From an uncultured Gammaproteobacteria bacterium (GTDB lineage Bacteria; Pseudomonadota; Gammaproteobacteria; CAZYIF01), in NCBI GenBank assembly GCA_964646995.1, contig CAZYIF010000010.1:4133-68132 (forward strand): DNA of 64,000 nucleotides, read 5' to 3'. How positions within the stretch are numbered: the first letter of the stretch is position 1; each line of letters starts with the position of its first letter. The position numbers were made by a program, and so were the translations under genes. The notes beneath the pieces are model-generated. The model did no database searches. It worked only from the letters and a program-made list of their open reading frames with translations, and had not been told where the DNA came from. Below are positions 1 to 8,651 of this stretch, one piece after another.

Positions 1-705
1 AGCATCCGCGTAGCGGTAGTGGATTTCTAGTTGTTCTTCGGTGTAACGCAGCGTGATCCACGTATCTCCCACACGTATTGTCGGTAAATAACCGCTAGAG
101 ACTTGTGGTGAAATGTGACTGCCTAACCATAACCCCGGGAAATGAGCCTTCCCCTCACTATAGGCTTTGCCTATGTTGATACGTACCACTTGCAGTTTGT
201 CTTGCCAATACGCCACCGTATCACTGGCATTGAGTCCCAAGGTCATATACACATCGCGCGTACGGGCGGAACCACCGCCGGTATGTGAGTTATTGTCCTG
301 CCGTCGCGCTACCGCCTTGAGACTGCCCGAAGCTTTAATCGCTGGTAAATCTTTAGTAACATGGTTCAGCACAAAGTGAGGAACTATCTGCGTGTCCCAA
401 CTCTCCCGCCAAACAACCAGGTCTTCTGGCGCAAAATACGTGGTGGCTTGCTCGCGCCAAAACGCCAGATTTTTTTTGGACTGTTGCGGAATGTCAATGC
501 CAGTTTGTCGCGCATGCATCATCCATGTGTCCACAAGGTATTGCTGCTCTAGCGCTTGCTGCTGCTCGGCCATGCGTTGCAACACACGCTTGCCACTGGG
601 CGTATTGCGACGACCACGCAATAGCGCACGCAAAGCCAACAAAACTCGCTGCCCGGTCGGTTGATTTAATGCAGCCGAAAGTTTTTCCTGGAATGAGTGG
701 GCCAT
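1..705 (-). CDS. hypothetical protein, 3'-truncated by window edge (N-terminus MAHSFQEKLSAALNQ...)
   Basis: I reverse-translated 1..705 by hand and found an uninterrupted frame of 235 codons. The ATG is at complement 703..705, 17 nt downstream of the stop of the upstream minus-strand gene (723). No family recognised. Not in the ORF track because its stop lies outside the window. Confidence 0.55.
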   Translation of the reverse strand, partial: MAHSFQEKLSAALNQPTGQRVLLALRALLRGRRNTPSGKRVLQRMAEQQQALEQQYLVDTWMMHARQTGIDIPQQSKKNLAFWREQATTYFAPEDLVVWRESWDTQIVPHFVLNHVTKDLPAIKASGSLKAVARRQDNNSHTGGGSARTRDVYMTLGLNASDTVAYWQDKLQVVRINIGKAYSEGKAHFPGLWLGSHISPQVSSGYLPTIRVGDTWITLRYTEEQLEIHYRYADA

Positions 706-722
706 GCAAATCCTGTATTGTG

Positions 723-1853
723 CTAAGGAGTAAAGTTACTCGTGGCATCCGTAGTGACTGCATGATCTAATTGCGCCAGCAAAACTTGTTTGCAGGCAGC
801 AGCAATCGCGTTAGGGAAATCCAAACAGGCTTGTGTTGCCGTTTGACTCGCGGCATGCAGATTTTTTTTAGCGACATCGACTATCACCGACACCGCCGGA
901 CCATCATTAAATTCCAACACATGAAACTGATCCTGTTGAGACAACACGTCAACACCTATCACGCCCTCAGGACAGCCACACTGTTCTTCCAAAGCACGTA
1001 GCTTGTGCTCAGAAAAAAACGACAACTCTATCGGTTTGTCTATTGCCTCACGGAACTCGCGTAACTTCTTATAACCACCCGTCGTGGACTCCCAACGCAA
1101 TTGAAACTGCATAGCCGACTGCGCCCTACCCGCAACTAAATTGATGCGATAGTACTCGGCTAAATCGATATCGCTTGCATCCGTCTGAATAAATTGCTGC
1201 AACAAAAGCCCGTGTGTTAGTTCAGAGTGAACCGGGTTACGCGTCAATTGCAAGAATAAACCACCCAACAACTGATGTAATTCTTCCACTGTGTCTACCC
1301 GATAAACACCATCCGTACGACAACCCTGCGACGTCTTAAATACCAAAGGGAAACACAGGCCTTGTTCCGCTATTTGCTGCAGTACGTGCGCACAACCATA
1401 ATCTGTCATACCCTTTGCTGTCGCAACAAAAGCCGCGTCGAAACACACACTACGCGGAAATAACGCATGTAGCTTTTCATGTTGGTATTGCGCTATTTTG
1501 TGGTGAGTCAATTCAATATAATCACAACCATTTAACACCGTTATCCCCTGCTTTTCTAAGCCACGACACAAGACTAACGCCTTACTGCGCACGGGCCCCC
1601 AGGTGCGTTTCATGACTAAGGCAATCTCGGCAAACGGGATGAGGCTGCTTTGCCACAGCGAATGTGCTAACGCTATTTTAATTCCTTGCTGCGTCAGTTC
1701 TGCGGTTTTCACTGCAACCACATGCAACTTATATGGCGTGCCGTGCAATGTACTGCTCAATGCGGCTCGAATCATTTGTACAGACGCATTATCTACTTGT
1801 TGGGTAAGAATGACGATGGTGTGGCGCATATGCTTCCCGGTGTATTTCGACAA
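723..1853 (-). CDS. ATP-grasp family ligase (RimK/GshB-like carboxylate-amine ligase)
   Basis: 376-aa ORF. ATP-grasp signatures: FPLVFKTSQGCRTDGVYRV (Gly-rich ATP loop), LLLQQFIQTD...RINLVAG, and VIGVDVL...FHVLEFNDGPA (Mg/ATP-binding tail). The N-terminal pre-ATP-grasp domain looks Rossmann-like. Confidence 0.6.
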   Translation of the reverse strand: MSKYTGKHMRHTIVILTQQVDNASVQMIRAALSSTLHGTPYKLHVVAVKTAELTQQGIKIALAHSLWQSSLIPFAEIALVMKRTWGPVRSKALVLCRGLEKQGITVLNGCDYIELTHHKIAQYQHEKLHALFPRSVCFDAAFVATAKGMTDYGCAHVLQQIAEQGLCFPLVFKTSQGCRTDGVYRVDTVEELHQLLGGLFLQLTRNPVHSELTHGLLLQQFIQTDASDIDLAEYYRINLVAGRAQSAMQFQLRWESTTGGYKKLREFREAIDKPIELSFFSEHKLRALEEQCGCPEGVIGVDVLSQQDQFHVLEFNDGPAVSVIVDVAKKNLHAASQTATQACLDFPNAIAAACKQVLLAQLDHAVTTDATSNFTP

Positions 1854-1991
1854 TAAAGGTATAACTCACCGCATTATGCCAGATACGCATGTGTCACACA
1901 CCATGCTTCGTGTTGTAGCGTAAGCATGGTGTTGGCTTTGGTAAACGACGCACGGAATGACGTGCATCCGTTGATAGCTGCGTCGTCGCCT

Positions 1992-2828
1992 TTACTTACG
2001 CATTTTTTTACGGGGCTGCTCTTCACTCTCATCCCGCTCGGTAGCTATCACTTCCGGTGCTTGGTACAACGGAATTGCGGCAGCCGCAATTTGTGATGCA
2101 AAAAATCTGTCTGCAGTCGTGTTGCGTCCACCTGAATATTGAAAGCTTAATGCACGGCAATCATAACCCTGCATGATCGGCATACTTGAAAAAGATTGAA
2201 CAAGGAACTGTAACGATACGCTTTGTTGCGACGTAATACGCGAATCACTCAACAATTCGCTTAGCAACGTCAAATGTTTGCTTATCTGCTTAGCTTGTTG
2301 TTCCTGATCGATAAATTTAAGCGTATCACACCGTAAACTTTCAAAGAAACGAGACACCTGCTGTACTTGTTGCACCAAACAATAGCCTTCTGGTAATGCA
2401 GCAACAATCTGTTGCACTGCCTGGCGCTGTGTCGTTGTAAGTAGCCAGTCACTCGACAATGAATCTAGCAACGACCAGTGCGCTGCGATGGCTTGTTGTT
2501 GATTTTCATCGTTAACATCATGGATAGCTGCCACTGAGAAAAAATGTCCTACCCGTGCAAGCGCAGCATCTACCGGCAAATGATAATTTAAAATTTCCAT
2601 GCGTGGGAAATAGTCAATAACCATGTTGTGTAACGTGATATGTTGCTCTGCTGTCAACAGCGGATCACGCGAAACAGACGTTAACAGTGATAACTGTTGG
2701 CCTATTTGCTCACGTGCCTGTTCGGCATTAATGAAGCTCAGCTGCCCTAAATATAAACGTGAAAAAAAATTAACGAGGTTATTAAAGTTTGACGTAACTA
2801 GTTTTAACAGTGCCGCATCTCGCATCAT
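1992..2828 (-). CDS. hypothetical protein (278 aa), co-oriented upstream of the ATP-grasp gene
   Basis: Long ORF with no recognisable motifs. Same strand, 138-bp spacer to the next gene. Confidence 0.45.
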   Translation of the reverse strand: MMRDAALLKLVTSNFNNLVNFFSRLYLGQLSFINAEQAREQIGQQLSLLTSVSRDPLLTAEQHITLHNMVIDYFPRMEILNYHLPVDAALARVGHFFSVAAIHDVNDENQQQAIAAHWSLLDSLSSDWLLTTTQRQAVQQIVAALPEGYCLVQQVQQVSRFFESLRCDTLKFIDQEQQAKQISKHLTLLSELLSDSRITSQQSVSLQFLVQSFSSMPIMQGYDCRALSFQYSGGRNTTADRFFASQIAAAAIPLYQAPEVIATERDESEEQPRKKMRK

Positions 2829-3135
2829 GGCCTACCTTATTTATCGTGGTATAGTAGTGTCTCCTTTATGAAGTAATTCCGTTTGACGCAGACTACCTGT
2901 CTGGTCGATGAGTAGAAGTGAAAGCGCACCAACAACGGCACACAAAACACGCGCGTTACTCGATATGCACTGGCGAAGCAAATATACACCAGGCAAAGAA
3001 CGCCGGATTTTAGCGTGAGGATCATTAAATTACAACGACTAAATAACGCCAGCCGTCTATCCTTTGCGACACCACGGGCTCATCAAGGCAAACGACGTAT
3101 CGTTGCGATAGCAAACGGCGAATAAATCCTACGCG

Positions 3136-3630
3136 TTACTGCGATTTACGTAACATCTGCCATAAACACCCCCCGGTGAGTATGACAAAACTCAGCATGC
3201 TCCACTCTGCGAGTGAGACGTGTAGAAAGGTCCATTGCACATCTGAACATTCCCCGGAACCTTGCAACAAAGAGTGTACGACCGTCATGAACGGAAAGTT
3301 ACTCAGCATATAACTCAAGCTGGCACCACAACTTCCCGCTGCAGCGACAGGCGCAAGTTGCAAATGCACTTGCCACGCCGACAAGCCTAAGCCGCTGCTT
3401 GCCAACAACAATGCCACGCTGTAATACCAACGCCTGGGGGTAGGCATAGGTACAAACAAACAGCCGGGGATCAGGTAAATCCCTAACAATAAAATAACTA
3501 AGCGTTGCAACACGCACAACGGGCACGGTATTAACTGCCAAGCGTATTGCAACACGCCCGCTGCCACTAACAATAAGCAACAAAACAGCACTAACAACGC
3601 ACTGGTCTTAGTTATAGAAGGCATTCGCAT
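3136..3630 (-). CDS. dsbB: disulfide bond formation protein B
   Basis: 164 aa, 4 TM helices. CPLCVLQR (Cys-X-X-Cys in the first periplasmic loop) plus a second Cys pair (CGASLSY...C), as in DsbB. Confidence 0.75.
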   Translation of the reverse strand: MRMPSITKTSALLVLFCCLLLVAAGVLQYAWQLIPCPLCVLQRLVILLLGIYLIPGCLFVPMPTPRRWYYSVALLLASSGLGLSAWQVHLQLAPVAAAGSCGASLSYMLSNFPFMTVVHSLLQGSGECSDVQWTFLHVSLAEWSMLSFVILTGGCLWQMLRKSQ

Positions 3631-3742
3631 ACGGTTATCTCCCTGTCTTTACAACCTTTCGTGTGTTGCTTGAAAACGCCATGTATTATTGCGTACGCAA
3701 TGGAAATTCTCAAGAACATAAGCACCGCGACACAGAATTCAA

Positions 3743-4186
3743 CTACTCGCTATCATGCACATTGCCTGCAGCAATAAGCCACTGCTGCAAAATAACCATT
3801 GCAGCAAAACTATCGATTGCTTTACGTTGTTTGCCTGGACGGCGTAATTTCGTGGGTAATAAATCATAAGCAGCGCGGGTAGACAAGCGCTCGTCTGTGA
3901 CATGCACCGGCAAGGCATAGCGTTCACGTAACTGTGCTGCAAATCCGTTAGCGCCCGCGGTAATCACATGAATCACGCTGCCATCCATATTCAGCGGCAA
4001 ACCAACAACCAGTGCGGCAGGCTGCCATTTTTTTATTAATACATCTACCTCACGCCAACACGGATCGCCTTGTTGCGCTAACAATACCGTCAATGGACTC
4101 GCCGCCGCAGTCAGGGTTTGTCCCACCGCCACGCCAATGCGACGCAAACCAAAATCAAAGCCTAGCAGCGTCTGTTCGTGTTGCAT
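3743..4186 (-). CDS. ruvX: Holliday-junction resolvase-like protein RuvX/YqgF
   Basis: LLGFDFGLRRIGVAVGQ ... KWQPAALVVGLPLNMDGS ... DERLST matches E. coli YqgF nearly motif for motif. I place the start at the internal Met (MQHEQTLLGFDFG), giving an ATGA overlap with the yqgE stop. The track ORF 3743..4354 is 5'-overextended. Confidence 0.85.
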   Translation of the reverse strand: MQHEQTLLGFDFGLRRIGVAVGQTLTAAASPLTVLLAQQGDPCWREVDVLIKKWQPAALVVGLPLNMDGSVIHVITAGANGFAAQLRERYALPVHVTDERLSTRAAYDLLPTKLRRPGKQRKAIDSFAAMVILQQWLIAAGNVHDSE

Positions 4187-4764
4187 CACGCGTGGCCCAC
4201 GTGCGTAGATAAACGGCTGGGTTCTATGCCCAAGGAGCGGGTGGCCGCACTCCAGCGCTCTGCAAACGGTTGTTGAAACAAAATATCCGCTGTGGCAGGA
4301 CTCGTTAACCAATAATTGCGTAACAACTCTTCCTCTAATTGTCCGGGTCCCCAACCCGCATAGCCCAATGAAATCAGCGCATGCTCGGGACCCTCGTGCT
4401 TGGCCATGGCATGCAATATGTCTTGCGATGTCGTAATCGATATATCATTTGGCAAGTGCAGCGTAGAATGCCAATCGTGTTTATTCGGATGGATGACAAA
4501 GCCGCGCTCCGGTTGCACGGGACCACCGCACACAATGGGCTGAGCAGCCAAGGTCGCATCCTGGTTGGCAATACCCATTTGCGTAAATATTTCACCCAAT
4601 TTAATGGCCAATGGCCGATTGATCATAATCGCTATCGCACCGTTAGCATTATGCTCGCAGACATAACTGACGGAATGAGAAAAGAAACCGTCCTCCATGC
4701 CCGGCATGGCAATAAGGAAATGATTCGTTAAACACGTTGCATCTTGTGGCATGGCGACCCTCAT
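4186..4764 (-). CDS. yqgE: UPF0301/AlgH-family protein YqgE
   Basis: NHFLIAMPGMEDGFFSHSVSYVCEHNANGAIAIMINRP...GGPVQPERGFVIH...LGYAGWGPGQLEEEL...WL aligns along its full length with E. coli YqgE. The yqgE-ruvX pair is conserved. Confidence 0.85.
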   Translation of the reverse strand: MRVAMPQDATCLTNHFLIAMPGMEDGFFSHSVSYVCEHNANGAIAIMINRPLAIKLGEIFTQMGIANQDATLAAQPIVCGGPVQPERGFVIHPNKHDWHSTLHLPNDISITTSQDILHAMAKHEGPEHALISLGYAGWGPGQLEEELLRNYWLTSPATADILFQQPFAERWSAATRSLGIEPSRLSTHVGHA

Positions 4765-4838
4765 GGCTTTTTATTTTTAGCGACGGCAATATAGGAACAC
4801 ACCTGTTTTGTAAGTGGTAGCATCTTATTTAAAAACAA

Positions 4839-4950
4839 GTAACTATTCAGCAAATTTTCAAGACAGCGCAATCGTGCTTGCGAACGCGGTGCTTTCTTTA
4901 TCCAATGGGGATTATCAAGGGTAGAATCGCGATTCTACCCTGAGAATGAG
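4839..4950. repeat. copy of the intergenic repeat family (gtaactattcagcaaa head + perfect 24-bp palindrome agggtagaatcgcgattctaccct)
   Basis: Same motif order and spacing as the 36991..37290 units. Located in the yqgE/pckA divergent region. Confidence 0.7.
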
Positions 4951-5020
4951 GCATGCTCACAAACTATGCTTTCCTCGCGTTTTATTGACTCGTTTTGTCA
5001 TGTTTCACCGCATAAAGTGG

Positions 5021-5048
5021 TTGCTTCACGTAACATTGTCTATATAAT
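5021..5048 (+). promoter_or_regulatory. putative sigma70 promoter for pckA (-35 TTGCTT, 16-bp spacer, -10 TATAAT)
   Basis: TTGCTT at 5021..5026 and TATAAT at 5043..5048. An AGGAG Shine-Dalgarno lies at 5089..5093, 9 nt before the pckA ATG. Confidence 0.4.
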
Positions 5049-5102
5049 GACTCCCCTAATCGAGCTATGAACAAAAATATTCGTGTTTAGGAGATTGCAG
5101 AC

Positions 5103-6662
5103 ATGTACGATTCTGACCAAGAAACAGCCATGGTCGTTACCCACGTTGATTTACCCACTAAAGAACTCATACAGTTCGCCCTAGCCCGCAAAGAAGGGGT
5201 GCTCGCCGCTAACCAAGCGCTATGCGTCAACACCGGCGCTAGAACCGGACGTTCTACCCTCGATCGCTTCATAGTACAAGAACCAAACACCACTGCCGAT
5301 ATTGATTGGGGACGTATTAACAGACCCTTCCCGGAAGACAAGTTTGACATGTTGTGGCAAAAGGCCAATGCCTATATAGAAGAGAAGGAGCACTTTGTAT
5401 CCCATTTACAAGTAGGTGCCGATCCCAAGTACTATCTGCCTGTCACCGTGATCACCGAAATGGCATGGCAAAATTTATTTGCCCGCCAACTGTTTATTCG
5501 CGCCGCAGAACAAATAAACGCAACCCATAAAGAATGGACGCTGCTCAGCGTACCTCATTTCAAAACCGATCCACTCAAAGATGGCACCCACAGCGATGCC
5601 GCCATCATTCTGCACTTGCATAAACGTCGCATCCTCATTTGCGGCACTCACTACGCCGGTGAAATAAAGAAAGCGATGTTTTCCGTGCTCAACTATCTAT
5701 TGCCTGCACAGCAGGTATTACCCATGCATTGCGCCGCGAATGTGGGTGAGGCAGGCGATGTCGCGTTGTTTTTTGGTTTATCCGGCACGGGAAAAACGAC
5801 CCTCTCTGCCGATCCCAAGCGGTTGTTAATTGGCGACGATGAGCACGGCTGGAGTGAAGAAGGCGTATTTAATTTTGAAGGCGGCTGTTATGCCAAATGC
5901 ATAGACTTATCGCAAGAACGTGAACCGGTGATTTGGGATGCCATTCGCTACGGCGCCATCATGGAAAACGTAGTACTTAACTCGGATAAACAACCGGATT
6001 TTCACGATGCTAGCCTGACGCAAAACACACGTGCTGCTTATCCTAGGGAACACATCGCCTTGCGCGTAGAAAAAAATGCGGCGGGTCACCCACAATCGGT
6101 GATTTTTCTAACCTGCGATCTCTACGGCGTATTACCCCCGGTTGCACAACTGACAACGGCGCAAGCTGCGTATTACTTCCTCAGTGGCTACACCGCATTA
6201 CTGGGCAGCACGGAAATAGGCTCTAGCGCAGCGATTAAACCGGTCTTCAGTTGTTGCTTTGGCGCACCCTTTTTCCCCAGACCTGCCCATGTGTACGCGG
6301 CCCTGCTGCAACAACGTTTACAGCACAGCAACAGTCCTGTTTATCTGGTGAATACCGGGTGGTTCGGTGGCGCCTATGGCAGCGGCGGCAATCGCTTTAG
6401 CATCCCCACCACGCGCGCAATTATCGATGCCATCTTGAGTGGCGCATTAGGTACGGCATCTTATACCCAACTGCCTTACTTCAATCTGCGTATCCCAACA
6501 GAAGTGGCGGGAGTATCAAGTCAGTTACTCAACCCACGCGATGGATGGCAAGACACCGCGGCATATGCCGCACAAGCCAAGAGTCTTATCTTGCAGTTTC
6601 AAGAAAACTTTAAGCAATATGACGTAGCCGCAGATATTGTTGCAGCTGGCCCACAACTCTAA
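5103..6662 (+). CDS. pckA: phosphoenolpyruvate carboxykinase (ATP)
   Basis: 519 aa. Kinase-1a loop [13 protein letters not shown]. Strong PckA-like sequence throughout ([21 protein letters not shown]). Confidence 0.95.
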   Translation: MYDSDQETAMVVTHVDLPTKELIQFALARKEGVLAANQALCVNTGARTGRSTLDRFIVQEPNTTADIDWGRINRPFPEDKFDMLWQKANAYIEEKEHFVSHLQVGADPKYYLPVTVITEMAWQNLFARQLFIRAAEQINATHKEWTLLSVPHFKTDPLKDGTHSDAAIILHLHKRRILICGTHYAGEIKKAMFSVLNYLLPAQQVLPMHCAANVGEAGDVALFFGLSGTGKTTLSADPKRLLIGDDEHGWSEEGVFNFEGGCYAKCIDLSQEREPVIWDAIRYGAIMENVVLNSDKQPDFHDASLTQNTRAAYPREHIALRVEKNAAGHPQSVIFLTCDLYGVLPPVAQLTTAQAAYYFLSGYTALLGSTEIGSSAAIKPVFSCCFGAPFFPRPAHVYAALLQQRLQHSNSPVYLVNTGWFGGAYGSGGNRFSIPTTRAIIDAILSGALGTASYTQLPYFNLRIPTEVAGVSSQLLNPRDGWQDTAAYAAQAKSLILQFQENFKQYDVAADIVAAGPQL

Positions 6663-6701
6663 ATTTGATGTATTAGGTCCAGCCATGATCGTGACGTAAC
6701 G

Positions 6702-7442
6702 ATGCAGCCGTTTGCTGAATCGTTACGGATTTTTGCACAAGGAATACGCGCCGTGTCGAAAACGGATAACACTACACGAGCACCCGAAGCGAGCGCCAGA
6801 TCCAGGGGACAACGCTTAAAACGCCTGCGTAACCTGGCCAATCTGCCACGAAAAATCATAGCAGAACACTATGATATCAACATCAATACACTCAAAGGTT
6901 GGGAAATCGGTAGACACGGTGGCTTAACTAAAAAAGGCGCGCAACACTTTTTACAGTTGTTGAGTCAACACGGTGTCAAATGCGAACTAGAATGGTTGCT
7001 GTTTGGCACAGGTGCACCACCGACTGTACATGAGATCTTTTCCGCTGCATCCTCCACGGCAGAGCCAAATGACGACGCCCACTTTATACCTGACAGTGAA
7101 CCACAGTGTGCGCACGAACTCGCGCTCTTTCAGCAACAGGCGCCAACCCTACATTTCAGGGTAAGCGACGACGCAATGGCACCTAAATACCAATGCGGTG
7201 ACTACGTCGCTGGCATCAAACGCCACGACTCGCACCCATTGCAGGTACTGCATCTCGATTGCATCGTTGAAACAACGACAGGCGAAATCTTGTTGCGTCA
7301 TGTACGCGACTACGTCCCGCCACTGCACTATACCTTGCTCGCACTCAACCCATATTCTACCGTCGCCCAGCCTACCCGTTATGAAGTTCCGTTACGCAGT
7401 GCTGCGCCGGTGATTTGGCATAGACGCAAAGATCCGGTGTAA
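6702..7442 (+). CDS. XRE-family HTH transcriptional regulator with C-terminal LexA/cI-like (peptidase S24 fold) domain
   Basis: HTH region RLKRLRNLANLPRKIIAEHYDININTLKGWEIG. The C-terminal segment aligns to the lambda cI/LexA cleavage domain (FRVSDDAMAPKY vs EVEGNSMTAP; GDYVAGIK vs GDFCIARL). Confidence 0.55.
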   Translation: MQPFAESLRIFAQGIRAVSKTDNTTRAPEASARSRGQRLKRLRNLANLPRKIIAEHYDININTLKGWEIGRHGGLTKKGAQHFLQLLSQHGVKCELEWLLFGTGAPPTVHEIFSAASSTAEPNDDAHFIPDSEPQCAHELALFQQQAPTLHFRVSDDAMAPKYQCGDYVAGIKRHDSHPLQVLHLDCIVETTTGEILLRHVRDYVPPLHYTLLALNPYSTVAQPTRYEVPLRSAAPVIWHRRKDPV

Positions 7443-7617
7443 CAAATAATCTTTTAAGTGGGTGTCATCCCGAGTGCAACGAGGGACCTCGAGCAGACGG
7501 CACGTTCTCATTAATAACACCGTGCAATCGTCTCGAGATCCCTCCATCGCGTTGCGATGTTCGGGATGACCCTATTGGAAAGATCCCTCACTGCGTTCGG
7601 GATGACGCCGTCCTTTA
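7443..7617. repeat. REP-like intergenic repeat cluster / bidirectional terminator between convergent genes
   Basis: Three copies of the motif tcatcccga / tcgggatga, one inverted. A long imperfect hairpin is also present: gggacctcgagcagacggcacg...cgtgcaatcgtctcgagatccc. Confidence 0.4.
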
Positions 7618-8559
7618 TCATGTGCTAGCAACACACAATAACCGCTGAAAATAAGCCGGATCATGTTTACGTAACAAAGGATTGTCGGCCGTGAAATGCC
7701 AATCGAGCAAACGCGACAACCAAAAACGCAACGCCGCACTGCGCTGCATGACAGGCAATGCAGCCAACTCTCCCGGCGTTAACTCCCGTTCACTTTGATA
7801 GCCGCGTAAGAGCTGCTGATAACGCAACGTATCTATATTGCCGTCGGCTGTCACACACCAATCATTGATGACGATGGCTAAGTCCAACACCCAATAATCA
7901 TGGCATGCGTAATAAAAATCGATGAGGCCCGTGATTTCATCCGCAACAAACAACACATTGTCACGAAATAAATCGGCATGAATCAAACCTTGCGGCAGCT
8001 GCAAACCCTGTTGTTGACGTTGGAACGTCAGTTCTTGTTGCAATAACTGCTGTTGTGGTGCAGACAAAACCGGCATGAGCCGCGCGGCGGCCGCATCACG
8101 CCACGTTGCACCACGGGTATTAGCCGGTACAGGCAACGGCAATGCCGTCGCGTACTGATGCAGTTGCGCTAACGTACGGCCCAACGCATAACACTGCGCG
8201 ACATTCGCTTGCGCCACACAGTTTCCCGGCAAAAATTCAATGAAGGCCAACGGCTTGTCACCCAAGGCACCTAAATAACGCTGTTGTTTATCTTGCAAAG
8301 TATGTGGACACGGCAAGCCCTTCGCGGCAAGAAACGACATCAGTTGCAAAAAAAACAGCAACACGTCTGCACTGTCTTGTTCAAAGAGTGTTAACACATA
8401 CTCGCCGCCTGTGGTGGTGACGTGGTAGTTTGAATTCGTTATACCCGCAGCAATGGGCGTGTATCGCAGCAACTCTCCCACGGCGTAATCGCGCAAGATA
8501 TCCTGTAGTTGCAACGGACTAATGACTGTGTGTACCGACATAGACTTGCTATCCCTCAA
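7618..8559 (-). CDS. thrB: homoserine kinase type II (protein-kinase fold, Pseudomonas-type ThrB)
   Basis: GLIHADLFRDNVLF, GLIDFYYAC, INDWC and RFWLSRL match Pseudomonas ThrB. The gene is adjacent and divergent to polA, as in Pseudomonas. The start is probably the internal MSVHTV at 8541. Confidence 0.8.
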   Translation of the reverse strand: MRDSKSMSVHTVISPLQLQDILRDYAVGELLRYTPIAAGITNSNYHVTTTGGEYVLTLFEQDSADVLLFFLQLMSFLAAKGLPCPHTLQDKQQRYLGALGDKPLAFIEFLPGNCVAQANVAQCYALGRTLAQLHQYATALPLPVPANTRGATWRDAAAARLMPVLSAPQQQLLQQELTFQRQQQGLQLPQGLIHADLFRDNVLFVADEITGLIDFYYACHDYWVLDLAIVINDWCVTADGNIDTLRYQQLLRGYQSERELTPGELAALPVMQRSAALRFWLSRLLDWHFTADNPLLRKHDPAYFQRLLCVAST

Positions 8560-8651
8560 TAACGCCGCCGCGCAACCGATATTCTGTCAGTGTTCGGCAA
8601 ACAATGCTTGCATAGCCACGCATTTAACTCTACCTTAACCACAAAATCGGC

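Noticed and set aside
2837-3025. 62-aa ORF in the spacer between the 278-aa hypothetical gene and dsbB
   Set aside because: No RBS and an odd composition. Probably non-coding.
3743-4354. 203-aa ORF upstream extension of ruvX
   Set aside because: Homology to YqgF starts at the internal Met. The extension overlaps yqgE in a different frame.
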